From positions 1-64,000 of the forward strand of contig CAWFGE010000013.1 in the NCBI GenBank assembly GCA_963815195.1: DNA of 64,000 bases. The letters run 5' to 3'. Every line of letters starts with the position of its first letter. Positions within the stretch are counted from its first letter, which is position 1. This document shows, piece by piece, positions 11,221 to 21,829 of the stretch. The translations under genes and the position numbers were made by a program. Origin of the DNA: an uncultured Planctomycetaceae bacterium (GTDB lineage Bacteria > Planctomycetota > Planctomycetia > Planctomycetales > Planctomycetaceae). Under the pieces are notes generated by a model. The model did not search any database. It was given only the letters and a program-made list of their open reading frames with translations, and was not told where the DNA came from.

Positions 11221-11598
11221 ATCGGCTTTCACATCCACGATGTCATCGATGGAAAACGGGCCTTGGGCTTCGCTTCCGGGCGCGTCCGAAATCAGCACGA
11301 GCCGGCCTTCCGTGCTTTCCCGGGCATCGGGAAAACCGCGGACGGTCTCGCCGTTTGTGAGAGTGACCGTGACGACCCGCGTTTCGTTTACGCCCGTCAA
11401 TCCTTCGTGGACCAGCGCGGGAAATCGGCTCCAGGCCCAGGTCCAGAGCGTCGCGTCTGCATCGACCCGCCCGGCGATGTCGCCCCACTCCATCGCCGCC
11501 CTGAGCAAGTCCTTGCGGACCGCTTCCCGGCACCAGGGTTTCAGCACGTCTTCAATCCACGCTCTGCGGGACGCCGCCAGTTCCTCAAATGTTGCCAT
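11203..11598 (-). CDS. Hypothetical protein (131 aa)
   Basis: MATFEELAASRRAWIEDVLKPWC... has a GGA/GAAG purine tract upstream and plausible composition; it is the 3' part of ORF 11203..12168. Confidence 0.7.
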   Translation of the reverse strand: MATFEELAASRRAWIEDVLKPWCREAVRKDLLRAAMEWGDIAGRVDADATLWTWAWSRFPALVHEGLTGVNETRVVTVTLTNGETVRGFPDARESTEGRLVLISDAPGSEAQGPFSIDDIVDVKADSVDPA

Positions 11599-11910
11599 AA
11601 CTTCGGATTCGCTTGTTGAAAGATTCCCATACTCGATTCCGTCCGCATTATAGACAATTCCCAGAGTAGGTTTCCTTGTGCGCTGAGGTTTTTGCTTTGT
11701 GGCCTTTGCTGCTTCGGGAACTGTCAAACTGCGCGGACTTTCTGGTTTATGCCGGCTGTATCGGATCAACCTGCCGGCCGGGACGGGAACAAGATCGAGG
11801 ATTGCCCGCCGGATCCCGATGATTGTACCGAATGGACCGGTTGCGCCGATTCTGTCGAATCGCGGCGCGGACCTTATCGCCGCCTGGTTGTCTCGGAGAA
11901 GGAAGGCCGG

Positions 11911-13359
11911 ATGACACGCCCTCAGATTCGCCGCTTGTTCTCGCACGGTGTTCGGTTCGGATGGATGCCGCTGTGGTTGGGCTTTTTTATTTACGGAAAC
12001 GTTTCCCCGATCGCGGCTCAAACCGGGATCGTTCGTCCGCCCAGCCGGGTTCTGGAAGGCGGTGTGATCAATTCCCAGGTCAAACCTGTCCGGACGATGC
12101 CCGCGGCGGAAGAAACTGCTCCGCCGCCTCCAGCCGCTGAGCAACAATTCGTCGAACCGGTCTCGCAACAGATCCTCGATTCGCCGGAGTTTTTGCCGAC
12201 CGAGGCCGCATTCTCAGAGGCCCTGGATGAACTTGTGCCGTTGGTTCCCGTTTCGCCCTGCTGGTGCGACAACTGGCAGGACATTCCCTACGTGCCGAAC
12301 ATGTTGGGCGATTTCTTCGGCGTCACCAACGACTCGCTGACGGTGCTGGGAAATCAACTGTTGACGGCCCAACCCGGGGCGGTAATCGATCCTGCCGCCT
12401 TGGGCAGCGGTCCGCAGAGCCGGTTTTTTCTTCCCGCGGGGGGCAGCAGTCTTGTGGGCCGGCAAAAGGCGGCCAACAACAACAGCCCCCTGCCCCGCGA
12501 CCGGGTGTTTTTGAATTACGACTATGCCGCGAATACGTCGCTCCAGGACGGCGGCGCGGACGTGCATCGGCTCACGCCGGGGCTGGAACGCACCTTCCTG
12601 GGCGGCAAAATGTCGTGGTCGGTGCGAGTGCCGATGGCCTTGACGCTCGACAGCAATGCCCCCCTCACCGGCCAAGCGGGCGACGGCCACGCGAAGTTGG
12701 GGAACGTCGCTTTGGGGCTCAAAGGCGTGTTGTTCTCGTCCCGCGAATACCTCGTGTCGGGCGGGATGATGCTGACCGTGCCCACGGCGAGCGATCTCCA
12801 GTTCTTCAATGCCAACCGCCGGGAATTGATCCGCGTGCAGAACCAGTCCGTGCATATCATGCCTTACCTGGCGGGACTCTGGTCGGACGGCGGCTTCTTC
12901 GCCCAGGGATTTTTGCAGTGGGATTTCGACGCCAACGGCAACCCGGTCCAGATCGACAACGGCACGCGGCTCGCGAGCGCCGGGACATTTCAAGACGCCA
13001 ACTTCGTGTACCTGGACGCGGGCGTGGGCTATTGGATTTTCAAGAACCGCACCGAGGGCTGCATCTCGGGGATTGCCCCGACGATGGAACTGCACTACAA
13101 CAGGTGCATGAACAACTCCGACGCCGTGCTCTCCGCATCGGGCCTGCGGTTTGGCAGCCAACTCAATCACATCGGGCTGATGAATGTCCTCTTCGGGGCC
13201 ACGGTGCAGATGGGGCCGGGCAATACGCTTTCGCTGGGCTATGCCGCCCCCTTGGGCGGAGGCAACGATGAGCAGTTCGACGGCCAACTCGTCGTGCAGT
13301 TGAACCGCTTCTTCGGAGGGTCTGCGAATTCCTGGCGGCCGCCGGCGTTTCGGTATTGA
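11911..13359 (+). CDS. Exported protein, probable outer-membrane beta-barrel
   Basis: Signal-like N-terminus, Pro-rich linker, NNSPLPRDRVFLNY motif and alternating aromatic beta-strands ending VQLNRFF. Confidence 0.65.
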   Translation: MTRPQIRRLFSHGVRFGWMPLWLGFFIYGNVSPIAAQTGIVRPPSRVLEGGVINSQVKPVRTMPAAEETAPPPPAAEQQFVEPVSQQILDSPEFLPTEAAFSEALDELVPLVPVSPCWCDNWQDIPYVPNMLGDFFGVTNDSLTVLGNQLLTAQPGAVIDPAALGSGPQSRFFLPAGGSSLVGRQKAANNNSPLPRDRVFLNYDYAANTSLQDGGADVHRLTPGLERTFLGGKMSWSVRVPMALTLDSNAPLTGQAGDGHAKLGNVALGLKGVLFSSREYLVSGGMMLTVPTASDLQFFNANRRELIRVQNQSVHIMPYLAGLWSDGGFFAQGFLQWDFDANGNPVQIDNGTRLASAGTFQDANFVYLDAGVGYWIFKNRTEGCISGIAPTMELHYNRCMNNSDAVLSASGLRFGSQLNHIGLMNVLFGATVQMGPGNTLSLGYAAPLGGGNDEQFDGQLVVQLNRFFGGSANSWRPPAFRY

Positions 13360-13372
13360 CGTTCGAACCATT

Positions 13373-13505
13373 TGAGCCGGCAAGGCGCTCGCCTCCCGTC
13401 TCGGGGAATGGGAATCTTCGCCCACGAAAACCGGGGCTAGCGCCGTGCGGCTAATTTTAGAACCCGAAGTTTTTGCACTGACCGAGCCTCGCGCCGTGCC
13501 GCTCA
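13373..13505. repeat. Cluster of three degenerate REP-like units
   Basis: AACCGGGGCTAGCGCCGTGCGGCTAA (13429), ACCGAGCCTCGCGCCGTGCCGCTCA (13481) and an inverted TGAGCCGGCAAGGCGCTCGCC (13373). Confidence 0.55.
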
Positions 13506-13533
13506 CTTTGCACACGTTCAAAGGACATGCACC

Positions 13534-13842
13534 ATGATTCACGTGATTGCCACCATTGAAGTCCGCGCGGGCCACCGGGACAAATTTTTGCGGGAATTTC
13601 ACCAACTCATGCCCGCCGTGCACGCCGAGGCCGGTTGCCTGGCTTATGCTCCCGCAGTGGATGCCGACACGGGCATCGATCGCCAGACCCCAAAGGGCGA
13701 GAACGTCGTGACGATCATCGAGCAATGGGAATCGCTGGACGCTCTCAAAGCCCACCTCGCCGCCCCGCACATGGCGGCCTACCGCGACCGCGTCAAAGAC
13801 CTCGTCACCCATGCCGCCCTGCACATCCTCAAACCCGCATAA
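13534..13842 (+). CDS. Antibiotic biosynthesis monooxygenase (ABM; YgiN-like quinol monooxygenase)
   Basis: MIHVIATIEV..VHAEAGCLAY..IIEQWESLDALKAHLAAPHM. Confidence 0.9.
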   Translation: MIHVIATIEVRAGHRDKFLREFHQLMPAVHAEAGCLAYAPAVDADTGIDRQTPKGENVVTIIEQWESLDALKAHLAAPHMAAYRDRVKDLVTHAALHILKPA

Positions 13843-13967
13843 GCACTTGAAACACAGCCTCCATCGAGGTATGAAAGATCCCAGGCGGAAAGTGTCCGGC
13901 GGCTAGCGATCTTGCCGCTCACTCTTCTCCGTGTAACAACCTTTTCTTTAGCCTTTGTGATTTTACC

Positions 13968-15230
13968 ATGCCGGAGACGACGACGGACCCGTCGGCGAAG
14001 TTGGATGTGGACGTCGTGCGGGCGGATTTTCCCATCTTGGGGAAACCGCTTTCCAAAGGGCGGCGGCTCGCGTTTTTGGATTCCGCCGCGTCCGCCCAGA
14101 AGCCTCAAGTCGTGATCGACAAAGAGCGCGAGGTTTACGAAAACTACTTCGCCAACGCCTACCGCGGCGTGTATCAGTTCGGGGCCAAGGTCGATGAGGA
14201 ACTCGAAGCCTGCCGCGAGACGGTGCGCGATTTTCTCGGCGCGGCCTCCGCGGAGGAGATCATCTTCACCGCCGGCACCACGATGTCGATCAACCTGGTC
14301 GCGAACGCCTGGGGCCGGAAATTCTTAAAGCCGGGCGACGAGATTCTGCTCAACGAGATGGAGCACCACGCGAACCTCGTGCCCTGGCAGCACATCGCCG
14401 AGGCGACCGGGGCGGAGTTGATGTACCTGCCGCTCACCGGCGACGGCCGCTTGAACCTTGAGGGGCTGGACGAGTCTCTTACCGAGCGCACGAAAATCGT
14501 CGCGGTCACGGGGATGTCGAACGTGCTCGGCACGATCAATCCGATCGCGCCGCTCGCGGCCCGGGCGAAAGCGGTCGGGGCAAAGATCTTGGTGGACGGC
14601 GCCGAGAGCGTGCCGCATCAGCCGGTGAACGTCCAAGACCCGGCGATCGATTTTCTGGCGTTCTCCGGGCACAAAGTGTTCGGGCCGACGGGGGTGGGGA
14701 TTCTTTACGGCCGGCGGGAACTCTTGGAGGCGATGGATCCGTTTCTGTGCGGCGGGCACATGATTTCGCGGGTGTTCAAAGAGCACACCGAATACGCGGG
14801 GCCCCCGATGAAGTTCGAAGCCGGCACGTTGCCCATTGCCCAGGCGATCGCGCTAAAGCCCGCTATCGATTACGTCAACAAGCTCGGCTTCGAGGCGATC
14901 CATGCCCACGAGCGGGACCTTCTGGAATACGCTTCCACAAGGCTCCTCGAGATCCCCGGCCTCAAAATCTACGGCCCGGACCTTGAGCACAAAGGTTCGA
15001 TTTGCAGCTTCCGCATCGACAACGTCCACCCCGAAGACTTGGCGAACCTGTTGGACCGCAAGGGAGTGTTCGTCCGCCACGGCCATCACTGCACGATGCC
15101 GCTGCATGACCTTTTGGGAGTCCCCGCCACCACGCGGGCCAGCTTCGCGTTCTACAACAACCGCGAAGACGTGGACGCCTTGATCGAAGGCATCGACTAC
15201 GCCAGAAAACGCCTGCGGCTGACCGATTGA
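13968..15230 (+). CDS. sufS: Cysteine desulfurase, SufS type
   Basis: FLDSAASAQKP, MEHHANLVPW, FSGHK (PLP lysine), FEAGT and RHGHHCTMPL (group II catalytic Cys). Confidence 0.95.
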   Translation: MPETTTDPSAKLDVDVVRADFPILGKPLSKGRRLAFLDSAASAQKPQVVIDKEREVYENYFANAYRGVYQFGAKVDEELEACRETVRDFLGAASAEEIIFTAGTTMSINLVANAWGRKFLKPGDEILLNEMEHHANLVPWQHIAEATGAELMYLPLTGDGRLNLEGLDESLTERTKIVAVTGMSNVLGTINPIAPLAARAKAVGAKILVDGAESVPHQPVNVQDPAIDFLAFSGHKVFGPTGVGILYGRRELLEAMDPFLCGGHMISRVFKEHTEYAGPPMKFEAGTLPIAQAIALKPAIDYVNKLGFEAIHAHERDLLEYASTRLLEIPGLKIYGPDLEHKGSICSFRIDNVHPEDLANLLDRKGVFVRHGHHCTMPLHDLLGVPATTRASFAFYNNREDVDALIEGIDYARKRLRLTD

Positions 15231-15296
15231 CGGGCGGGAGCGGGAGTCTCGCGGATCGGTCCCATCCGCCATTCCCCACCGGCTTGCCGGGCGGTC

Positions 15297-16382
15297 TCAG
15301 AACAACGTTTGCTGGCCGGACGCGGGCGGGGGCGGGAGTTTCATGTGTTTGTAACCCGCCGCGGTCACGATCCGGCCGCGGGCCGTGCGCTGGATCAAAC
15401 CGCAACGGAGCAAAAACGGTTCGACCTCGTCTTCCAAGGTATCGGGCGAAACGTGCATCGTGTGGGCGACGGCGTTAAGGCCCGCCGGGCCGCCGGTGAA
15501 CACGGTGATCAAGGTTTCCAGGTATCTCCGGTCCTGCCGTTCGAGGCCCAGGTCGTCCACTTCGAGCATTGTGAGCGCCCGGCCCGCGACTTCGTCAGTG
15601 ATCACGCCGTCGGCTTTGCTCTGGGCATAGTCGCGAGCCCAGCGGAGCAGGTTGTTCGCTTTCCGCGGCGTGCCCCGGCTGCGGCAGGCGATTTCTTTCG
15701 CGGCGGCGGGGTCGATTTTCGTCCGCAGCTTTTTCGCGTTGCGGGTGACGATCTCCTCGACCTCGCTGTCTTCGTAAAACTCCAGATGCTCGCGGGTCAC
15801 AAAGCGGTCCCGCAAGGGGGCGGTGAGCATGCCGCTGCGCGTGGTGGCCCCGATCACCGTAAACCGCTGCAAATCCAGGCTGATCGTGCGGGCGTTGAGG
15901 CCTTCGCCCAAGGCGATGTCCACGCGGAAGTCTTCCATCGCGGGATAGATGAATTCCTCGACCGCGGGCGGCAGGCGGTGGATCTCGTCGATGAACAGCA
16001 CCGAACCCCGGCTGGCATTGGTGAGGTAAGGCAAAAGGTCCCGCGGAGCCGAGAGTGCAGGGCCGGAGGTGATCTGGATTTCCCCGCCGAGCTCTTTGGG
16101 AATCACCGTGGCGAGCGTGGTCTTGCCGATGCCCGGCGGCCCATCCAAAAGGAGATGCCCCAACGGTTCGCCGCGCTTTTTGGTGGCGTCGAGAATGATT
16201 TCCAACCGCTCGACCACCCGCCGTTGCCCGACGACATCCCGCAGGCGTTGCGGGCGAAGTTCATCATCGTAACGCGAGTCGTCCGGATCAAACCCGCCCG
16301 CCCCAAAGCCGGAATCTCCGGGCGGCGATGCCCCTTTGCCCTCGTCGCTTGGGGTGGATTGAATGATCGGTTCTCGCGCCAT
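15297..16382 (-). CDS. ruvB: Holliday junction branch migration helicase RuvB
   Basis: [50 protein letters not shown]. Confidence 0.97.
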   Translation of the reverse strand: MAREPIIQSTPSDEGKGASPPGDSGFGAGGFDPDDSRYDDELRPQRLRDVVGQRRVVERLEIILDATKKRGEPLGHLLLDGPPGIGKTTLATVIPKELGGEIQITSGPALSAPRDLLPYLTNASRGSVLFIDEIHRLPPAVEEFIYPAMEDFRVDIALGEGLNARTISLDLQRFTVIGATTRSGMLTAPLRDRFVTREHLEFYEDSEVEEIVTRNAKKLRTKIDPAAAKEIACRSRGTPRKANNLLRWARDYAQSKADGVITDEVAGRALTMLEVDDLGLERQDRRYLETLITVFTGGPAGLNAVAHTMHVSPDTLEDEVEPFLLRCGLIQRTARGRIVTAAGYKHMKLPPPPASGQQTLF

Positions 16383-16555
16383 GACTCACCAAGTCTAAAC
16401 AAAAGTCCATTTCTATTATCGCGAGTTTTCGGACTGTGTCAACCGGCGAGCGTGGAGCGTAAGCCCATGATTGCCCGCGAATGAAACGGATTTTGTCATC
16501 ATCACGATCAGCCAGCTTACGCTGGCCGCTCGCCAAAACGTTGGTCATTCCCCGC

Positions 16556-17314
16556 TCACGCTTCGCTCATGACTTCTTCCATGATGTCGTCGGGGATGTT
16601 GAAGTTGGCGGTGACGTTTTGCACGTCGTCGTGGTCTTCCAGGGCTTCCATGAGTTTGAGCACCTTGCGGCCGGACTCGGCGTCCAATTCCACGGTGTTC
16701 GCGGGGATTTGCGAGAGTTCCGCGAGGTCGGTGGGGATTTTTTGGTTCTCGAAGGTCTCCTGCACTTGTTGGAACACGTCGGGCGTGCACGTGACTTCGA
16801 AATTGTCGCCGGCGCGTTTGACATCGTCGGCCCCGGCTTCCAAGGCGACCTCGAACAGGCGTTCTTCGTCGATGTGGGCGGCCGGGACGAGGAACAGGCC
16901 TTTGCGCTCGAACATCCAGGCGACGCAGTTCGTGCTGCCCAGGTTGCCGCCGTGGACTTCGAAAATCTTGCGGACTTCGCCCGCGGTGCGGTTCCGGTTG
17001 TCGGTGAGGATTTCGCACATGACGGCCACGCCTTCGGGGCCGTAGCCTTCGTAGATGACTTCGTCGAAATGCGCGGCGTCGCCGCCTTCGCCGGTGCCTT
17101 TTTTGATCGCCCGGTCGATGTTGTCGTTGGGCATGCTCGCTTTTTTGGCTTTGTCGATGGCGTAGCGGAGGGCCAGGTTCATCGTGGGATCGCCCCCGCC
17201 GCCTTGGGCCGCCACGATAATGGCCCGGCTGAGCTTGCCGAAGAGTTTCCCGCGCTTCTTGTCCACCACGCCTTTCTTGGCGGCGATATTGGCCCAGTGT
17301 GAATGTCCTGCCAT
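16556..17314 (-). CDS. yebC: YebC/PmpR family protein
   Basis: MAGHSHWANI, YEGYGPEGVA, TDNRNRT, LEDHDDVQNV. Confidence 0.96.
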   Translation of the reverse strand: MAGHSHWANIAAKKGVVDKKRGKLFGKLSRAIIVAAQGGGGDPTMNLALRYAIDKAKKASMPNDNIDRAIKKGTGEGGDAAHFDEVIYEGYGPEGVAVMCEILTDNRNRTAGEVRKIFEVHGGNLGSTNCVAWMFERKGLFLVPAAHIDEERLFEVALEAGADDVKRAGDNFEVTCTPDVFQQVQETFENQKIPTDLAELSQIPANTVELDAESGRKVLKLMEALEDHDDVQNVTANFNIPDDIMEEVMSEA

Positions 17315-17419
17315 TGCTTTCGTTTCCGTGATGTGTTTTTTGATGGGGTTGGAGATTGAAAAACCGCCCTCGGAATTGGGCGGCGATCTAAGGATCAAAG
17401 ATGTTGATGTTAAACTTAC

Positions 17420-17473
17420 CCAAGCCGCCGACTTGTCGGCGGGATTCAAAGCGCCGACAAGTCGGCGGCTTGG
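17420..17473. repeat. Perfect REP-like inverted doublet
   Basis: CCAAGCCGCCGACTTGTCGGCG ... CGCCGACAAGTCGGCGGCTTGG. The 22-bp arms are each self-palindromic. Confidence 0.8.
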
Positions 17474-17494
17474 TTTTCGAACTGCAAGACAGGA

Positions 17495-19789
17495 TCAGGG
17501 AGCGTCGCCGGAGTCGGGCGGTTCGCCCCCGGCGATTTTCTGCTCGATCCGCTTGATGAGTTTTTCATCGGGTTTGGAATCGGCCTTGGCGTCTTTGAGG
17601 GCTTTTTCCCAGGCGTCCTTGGCTTTGTCCATTTGCTTCAAGCGGGCGTAGCAGTCGCCCAGGTGGTCCCAGATCGTGGCATCGCTGCCGGTGGGCTTGG
17701 CGACCGCTTTTTCCAGATGGCCCACGGCTTCCTTGAACTCGCCCAGCTTATAGAGCACCCAGCCCATGCTGTCGAGGTAGGCGGGGTTCTCGGGCTCGGC
17801 TTTGAGGGCGATCGCGATCATGCTGCGGGCTTTTTCCAGGTTCTTTCCATGATCGGCGTACAAATAACCCAAGTCGTTGTTGACGGACGGATCTTCCGGG
17901 TCCTCCGCGAGTACTTTTTCCAAGACCTCTTCGCCTTTCCGCAGGTCGCCCCGCTGCACGTAGATGCTGGAGACGATGAACTGGCTGCGGCGGACGGTCT
18001 CTTTGTCTTCGGGGAACTTGGCGGCGACTTCCTCGAACTTTTTGAGGGCGTCTTCGTACCTTTGGGCGTGGAAATAGATCCAGCCTTCCTGGTATTGCAG
18101 AAGCGCCACGTCGGGCAGTTGGGCCTGGGCCTGGTGGATCGCGGTCACCGCCGCCTGCGTGTTGCCCGCGAGTTCCTCGGCCTGGGACAGGCGGAACAAG
18201 AACTGCGGTTTGTTGCTCACGGCGGCATCGCCCACCGCCTTGCGATACCACTCGGCCGCCTTGGCGTAATCGTCCGCGTCGAACAGCAATTGGCCGATTT
18301 CCTCGTAGAGCTCGGTCGCTTTGTCCCGCCGCTGGTTGAGGGCGAGTTGATAGAACTCCAATGCCTCGTCCGTCTTCTTGGCTTCCGCGGCGAGCTTGGC
18401 CACGATCAATGCCCCGGCGAAGTTGAGCTTGCGGTTCTCCGGCGAGTTCTGTTTGCGGGCGACTTCGATCATTCGCCCCAGCAGTTTCTCGTCGCCACTG
18501 ATCGCTTTCAGCTCGTCCGCCAGAAACTCCGCCCGATGTCCGGCTTCCACCGCCTGCGCCAATGCGTCGAGCAGTTCCTCCGGCTTGTTCTGCCGGCGGT
18601 ACACGGAGGCCAGCCCCGCGTAGCCTTCCGGGTCCTTGGTGCCGTCGAGCGTCTTTTTGTAAAGCGCCTCGGCTTTGTCCAACTGGTTGTTTTCCAAGTA
18701 CTGCTCGGCGAGGAAGTATTGCAGCATGCTGTTGCGGGGATCGCCCTCGGCCATCTTCTCCAGACGTTTGATGAGCTCGTCCGGCTGGTTTTTGGCCTTC
18801 AGAATTTTCGCGAGGAGTTCATACGCCTCCCGGCCCTTGGTTTGAAGCTGGGCGTCGAAATACTTTTGAATCTCGTCGAGGGCCTTGTCGTATTGCTTCG
18901 TTTGCAGATAGACCTGGGCCAGATTGAAGCTGAGCGCCCCCGGCTTGCCTTTGCGGGCTTTCGCGGCGGCTTCGAAGGCTTTCACCGCGAGTTCCGGGCG
19001 CTCGGCGTTGAGGAACACCTGGCCGATCTGCTCGTATGTCGTGGCGGGATTGGCCTCCAGTGACTTTTGCTGCCGGAAGTTCAAATCGAACTTTTCGGGA
19101 TTCTGAAGCGCCTCAAACACGGTCTCAAAGGCGTCGGCCGCTTTGATCTTTTCGCCGATCGCCGCGTACAAAATCGCCAGGTCCCGCTGGAGCATGACGG
19201 AGACGGCCTTGTTCTTTTTGAGGCCCGGGGACTCGGCGGCTTTTTCCAATAGCTCGATCGCCTTGGGCACCTGGCGCTGGTTGGCCATGTGCACCCCCAG
19301 ACGCCTGAGGAGCTGATAGTCCTCCGGGTCGAGTTCCACGGCCTTGAGGGCGAATTTGACGGCTTCGTCCGTGCGGTTGAGGTTAAACGCCAACGGCACC
19401 AACGCCCGGTAGATCTGCACGGAATCGGGATCGAGGGCCACGGCTTTTTTGTAGTCGTCCAAGGCCTCGTTGAACTCGTTCCGCTTCTCGTGAAGCTGCC
19501 CCGTCATGTACCAGGACATCGCGTCCAGCCGGTTTTGCTCCTGGGCGGTGCGGGGCTGTTTGGGCTTGAGCGGCAGCACGGGATCGTCGAGTTCCTGGAG
19601 TTGGAACCCGTTTTGGCGCTGGGGTTTTTCCGCACGGGCCGGTTGGAGGTTCGGTTCGTTCTCGGCCGACCGAACCGCCGGGACCCCGCCCGCAAAAACG
19701 GCGAGGCCCAAAACTCCCGCGCAGAGTCCGATGTGCGCGGAACAGGGACGGCGGACGGGGGCAAAACAACGATCAAGCAACTTCGACAT
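17495..19789 (-). CDS. Exported tetratricopeptide-repeat protein
   Basis: Signal peptide and many TPRs; C-terminal NDLGYLYA..PENPAYLDSMGWVLYK..IWDHLGD. Confidence 0.9.
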   Translation of the reverse strand: MSKLLDRCFAPVRRPCSAHIGLCAGVLGLAVFAGGVPAVRSAENEPNLQPARAEKPQRQNGFQLQELDDPVLPLKPKQPRTAQEQNRLDAMSWYMTGQLHEKRNEFNEALDDYKKAVALDPDSVQIYRALVPLAFNLNRTDEAVKFALKAVELDPEDYQLLRRLGVHMANQRQVPKAIELLEKAAESPGLKKNKAVSVMLQRDLAILYAAIGEKIKAADAFETVFEALQNPEKFDLNFRQQKSLEANPATTYEQIGQVFLNAERPELAVKAFEAAAKARKGKPGALSFNLAQVYLQTKQYDKALDEIQKYFDAQLQTKGREAYELLAKILKAKNQPDELIKRLEKMAEGDPRNSMLQYFLAEQYLENNQLDKAEALYKKTLDGTKDPEGYAGLASVYRRQNKPEELLDALAQAVEAGHRAEFLADELKAISGDEKLLGRMIEVARKQNSPENRKLNFAGALIVAKLAAEAKKTDEALEFYQLALNQRRDKATELYEEIGQLLFDADDYAKAAEWYRKAVGDAAVSNKPQFLFRLSQAEELAGNTQAAVTAIHQAQAQLPDVALLQYQEGWIYFHAQRYEDALKKFEEVAAKFPEDKETVRRSQFIVSSIYVQRGDLRKGEEVLEKVLAEDPEDPSVNNDLGYLYADHGKNLEKARSMIAIALKAEPENPAYLDSMGWVLYKLGEFKEAVGHLEKAVAKPTGSDATIWDHLGDCYARLKQMDKAKDAWEKALKDAKADSKPDEKLIKRIEQKIAGGEPPDSGDAP

Positions 19790-19940
19790 GAGCCGCTCTC
19801 CCTGGCGAGTGGTGATTGGCGAATAGCGAACGAAAACCGCAAACTCTGCTTCTTAACGGCATCAAACCATTTTAACCAATTTCTCGATTCAACCAAGATT
19901 GGTTTTCCCGCAGATTCTCCACAACCGTTCGTGGGGCCGC

Positions 19941-20783
19941 TCAGCGGGTGGAGGCGGATTTCTTGGTTTTCTTTTTCGATTTGCGGGAGCTGCCGTTCTT
20001 GCTCTGGCCGGATTTGGCTTTCTTTGTGGTGGACTTCGCGGATTTCTTGGTTTTGGAGAGTCTTTTGGCGCCCCCTTCCAAGAGTTGTTTCAGCCGCGAT
20101 GGCGCGGTGTTCAAGTCGTAGTCTTCTTCCGCCGATTCCTCTTCGAGTTCGAAAGCCCCGGCCATTTTCGGATCGTGGGCCAGCGAGCGGATCAAATGGC
20201 AAAACAGCGGCCCGTCGGATTTTCGCACCGCCGACTTGAGCGATTCGGACGCCTCTTCGGGCGTCGCTTCGGGTTCGACCAGCCCCAGCCATTTGAGCGG
20301 CTGGTTCATCGCATCATCGACGGGCACCAGGTGGCTGCCCAAGGCGACTTGCAGCGTGAAATTCTTCACGAACGGCGACAGGTCGCGGATCTTGCCCAGT
20401 TGTTTGGTGGCCAGTTCCAGCGTTTTCCGCCGGAGGCCTTCGAATTCGAACTCGTAGTTTTCCTCGAACACGTAATGCAACACGTGCCGAACCCGCAGCG
20501 AACGCAAATCCGGGTCGTCCATTCCCTCAAACACGCTGTTGAGTTCCGAGATCGAACTCACCCGCATTTCGTTGTAGTCGTGAAACGCGGCGTCGATTCG
20601 TTCCTGCGCCGCCTCGGCTTCTTCCTCGGCCGCATTCTCCAAACAGATCGCGTAGATCAGCATTTCCAAAATGGGCATGTCGTATTTGGGAACGGACGCT
20701 TTGTACTGTTTTTTCAGAAGGGGAAACAGCTTTTTCAAAACGGCTTGTTTGTCGGAGGCTTTGGGACGCGAAGCGGCAGCCAT
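19941..20783 (-). CDS. Conserved hypothetical protein, possibly HhH-GPD/endonuclease-III-like fold, with Lys-rich tail
   Basis: DYNEMRVSSISEL, LGSHLVPVD and a C-terminal K/S-rich tail; no 4Fe-4S Cys cluster. Confidence 0.65.
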   Translation of the reverse strand: MAAASRPKASDKQAVLKKLFPLLKKQYKASVPKYDMPILEMLIYAICLENAAEEEAEAAQERIDAAFHDYNEMRVSSISELNSVFEGMDDPDLRSLRVRHVLHYVFEENYEFEFEGLRRKTLELATKQLGKIRDLSPFVKNFTLQVALGSHLVPVDDAMNQPLKWLGLVEPEATPEEASESLKSAVRKSDGPLFCHLIRSLAHDPKMAGAFELEEESAEEDYDLNTAPSRLKQLLEGGAKRLSKTKKSAKSTTKKAKSGQSKNGSSRKSKKKTKKSASTR

Positions 20784-20932
20784 AGCAAATACCAGTATCC
20801 AGTTTGAAAAGGGGTCGGCGGACGGATGACTGTTCTCTCACCAATCACGGGCCGAATGCGGGTTTCCTCAGTCTTTGGAAGAAGCCCGCGTGACGTTTGC
20901 GGGCTTTGATAGTTTCGAAACAGGGGATCGGG

Positions 20933-21386
20933 TCATGGCGGATCGCCGGTCGATTCGGGTTCCTCGGATGAGTCGGGGGGCTTTTCGGCCGAGGCATCGG
21001 AATCGCCCGCGGCTTTCTCCTCGGCCGCGGTGCGCGCGGCATCTTTCGCCAGGGCTTCCCGGATCAACTGCGACGCGGCGATGCTCTTTTTCACGCCCTG
21101 GTCGTTGACGAACGTCAACACGGGGGTGTAGCGGGTCTGGATGCGGTCGGCGATTTTTTTCTGCAGGAACCCGCGGGCCGAGTTCAAACCGTGCATGCAC
21201 AGGGACTGCTCTTTTTCATCCCCCATGATCGAAACATACACCTTGGCCGTGCGGGCGTCCGGACTGACTTCCACGTGCGTTACGGTGACGTTCTTGACGC
21301 GCAGGATCCTTCAATCCGAACAGGATCGTCGTGCTGACCTGCTCTAAAACCGCTTGGGAAATCTTGGCTGTCCGTCGCGAAGTCAT
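20933..21386 (-). CDS. rbfA: Ribosome-binding factor A (frameshift near 21302)
   Basis: [49 protein letters not shown]; located downstream of infB. Confidence 0.93.
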
Positions 21387-21421
21387 GGCGTGTGTTGTTC
21401 GTGGTTACGCTTTCGATTGGG

Positions 21422-21799
21422 TTAATCTTCGGGAGGCTCAAAGTCGACTTCGACAAACGGCCCCGTCTCGCCCGCCCGCTCGAACGCCGTCCCGGGCGGA
21501 GCTTTCAGAAACGGGATGATGCCCGGATCATAATTGGCGATCGTATTGACATCGTAAACGGCGTGGTTGTCGGCATCGTCCATGTAGTCTTGGGACTCGA
21601 ACCCCGCGAGAAACCGCCAGCCGCTGTCGATGTCGCGGTCGGGCAATTCTCGATACATGAACCCCACTTTTCGTCCAAGGACGGTAATCATGTCGCTGGC
21701 GACGCAGGCGCCATGTCCGGGGGCGAGGCTTTGAATCTCGTCTCCGGGGATGAGAAACGGTTTCTCGGATTGGGCCATAGGGAGGGGGCTCTCATTCAC
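21422..21799 (-). CDS. DUF2185-like small protein
   Basis: CVASDMIT..KVGFMYRE..DSGWRFLAG.ESQDYMDD..YDVNTIANYDP. Confidence 0.8.
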   Translation of the reverse strand: MNESPLPMAQSEKPFLIPGDEIQSLAPGHGACVASDMITVLGRKVGFMYRELPDRDIDSGWRFLAGFESQDYMDDADNHAVYDVNTIANYDPGIIPFLKAPPGTAFERAGETGPFVEVDFEPPED

Positions 21800-21829
21800 A
21801 CATTGCAGGGATTTCCGATCGCGCGTCTG

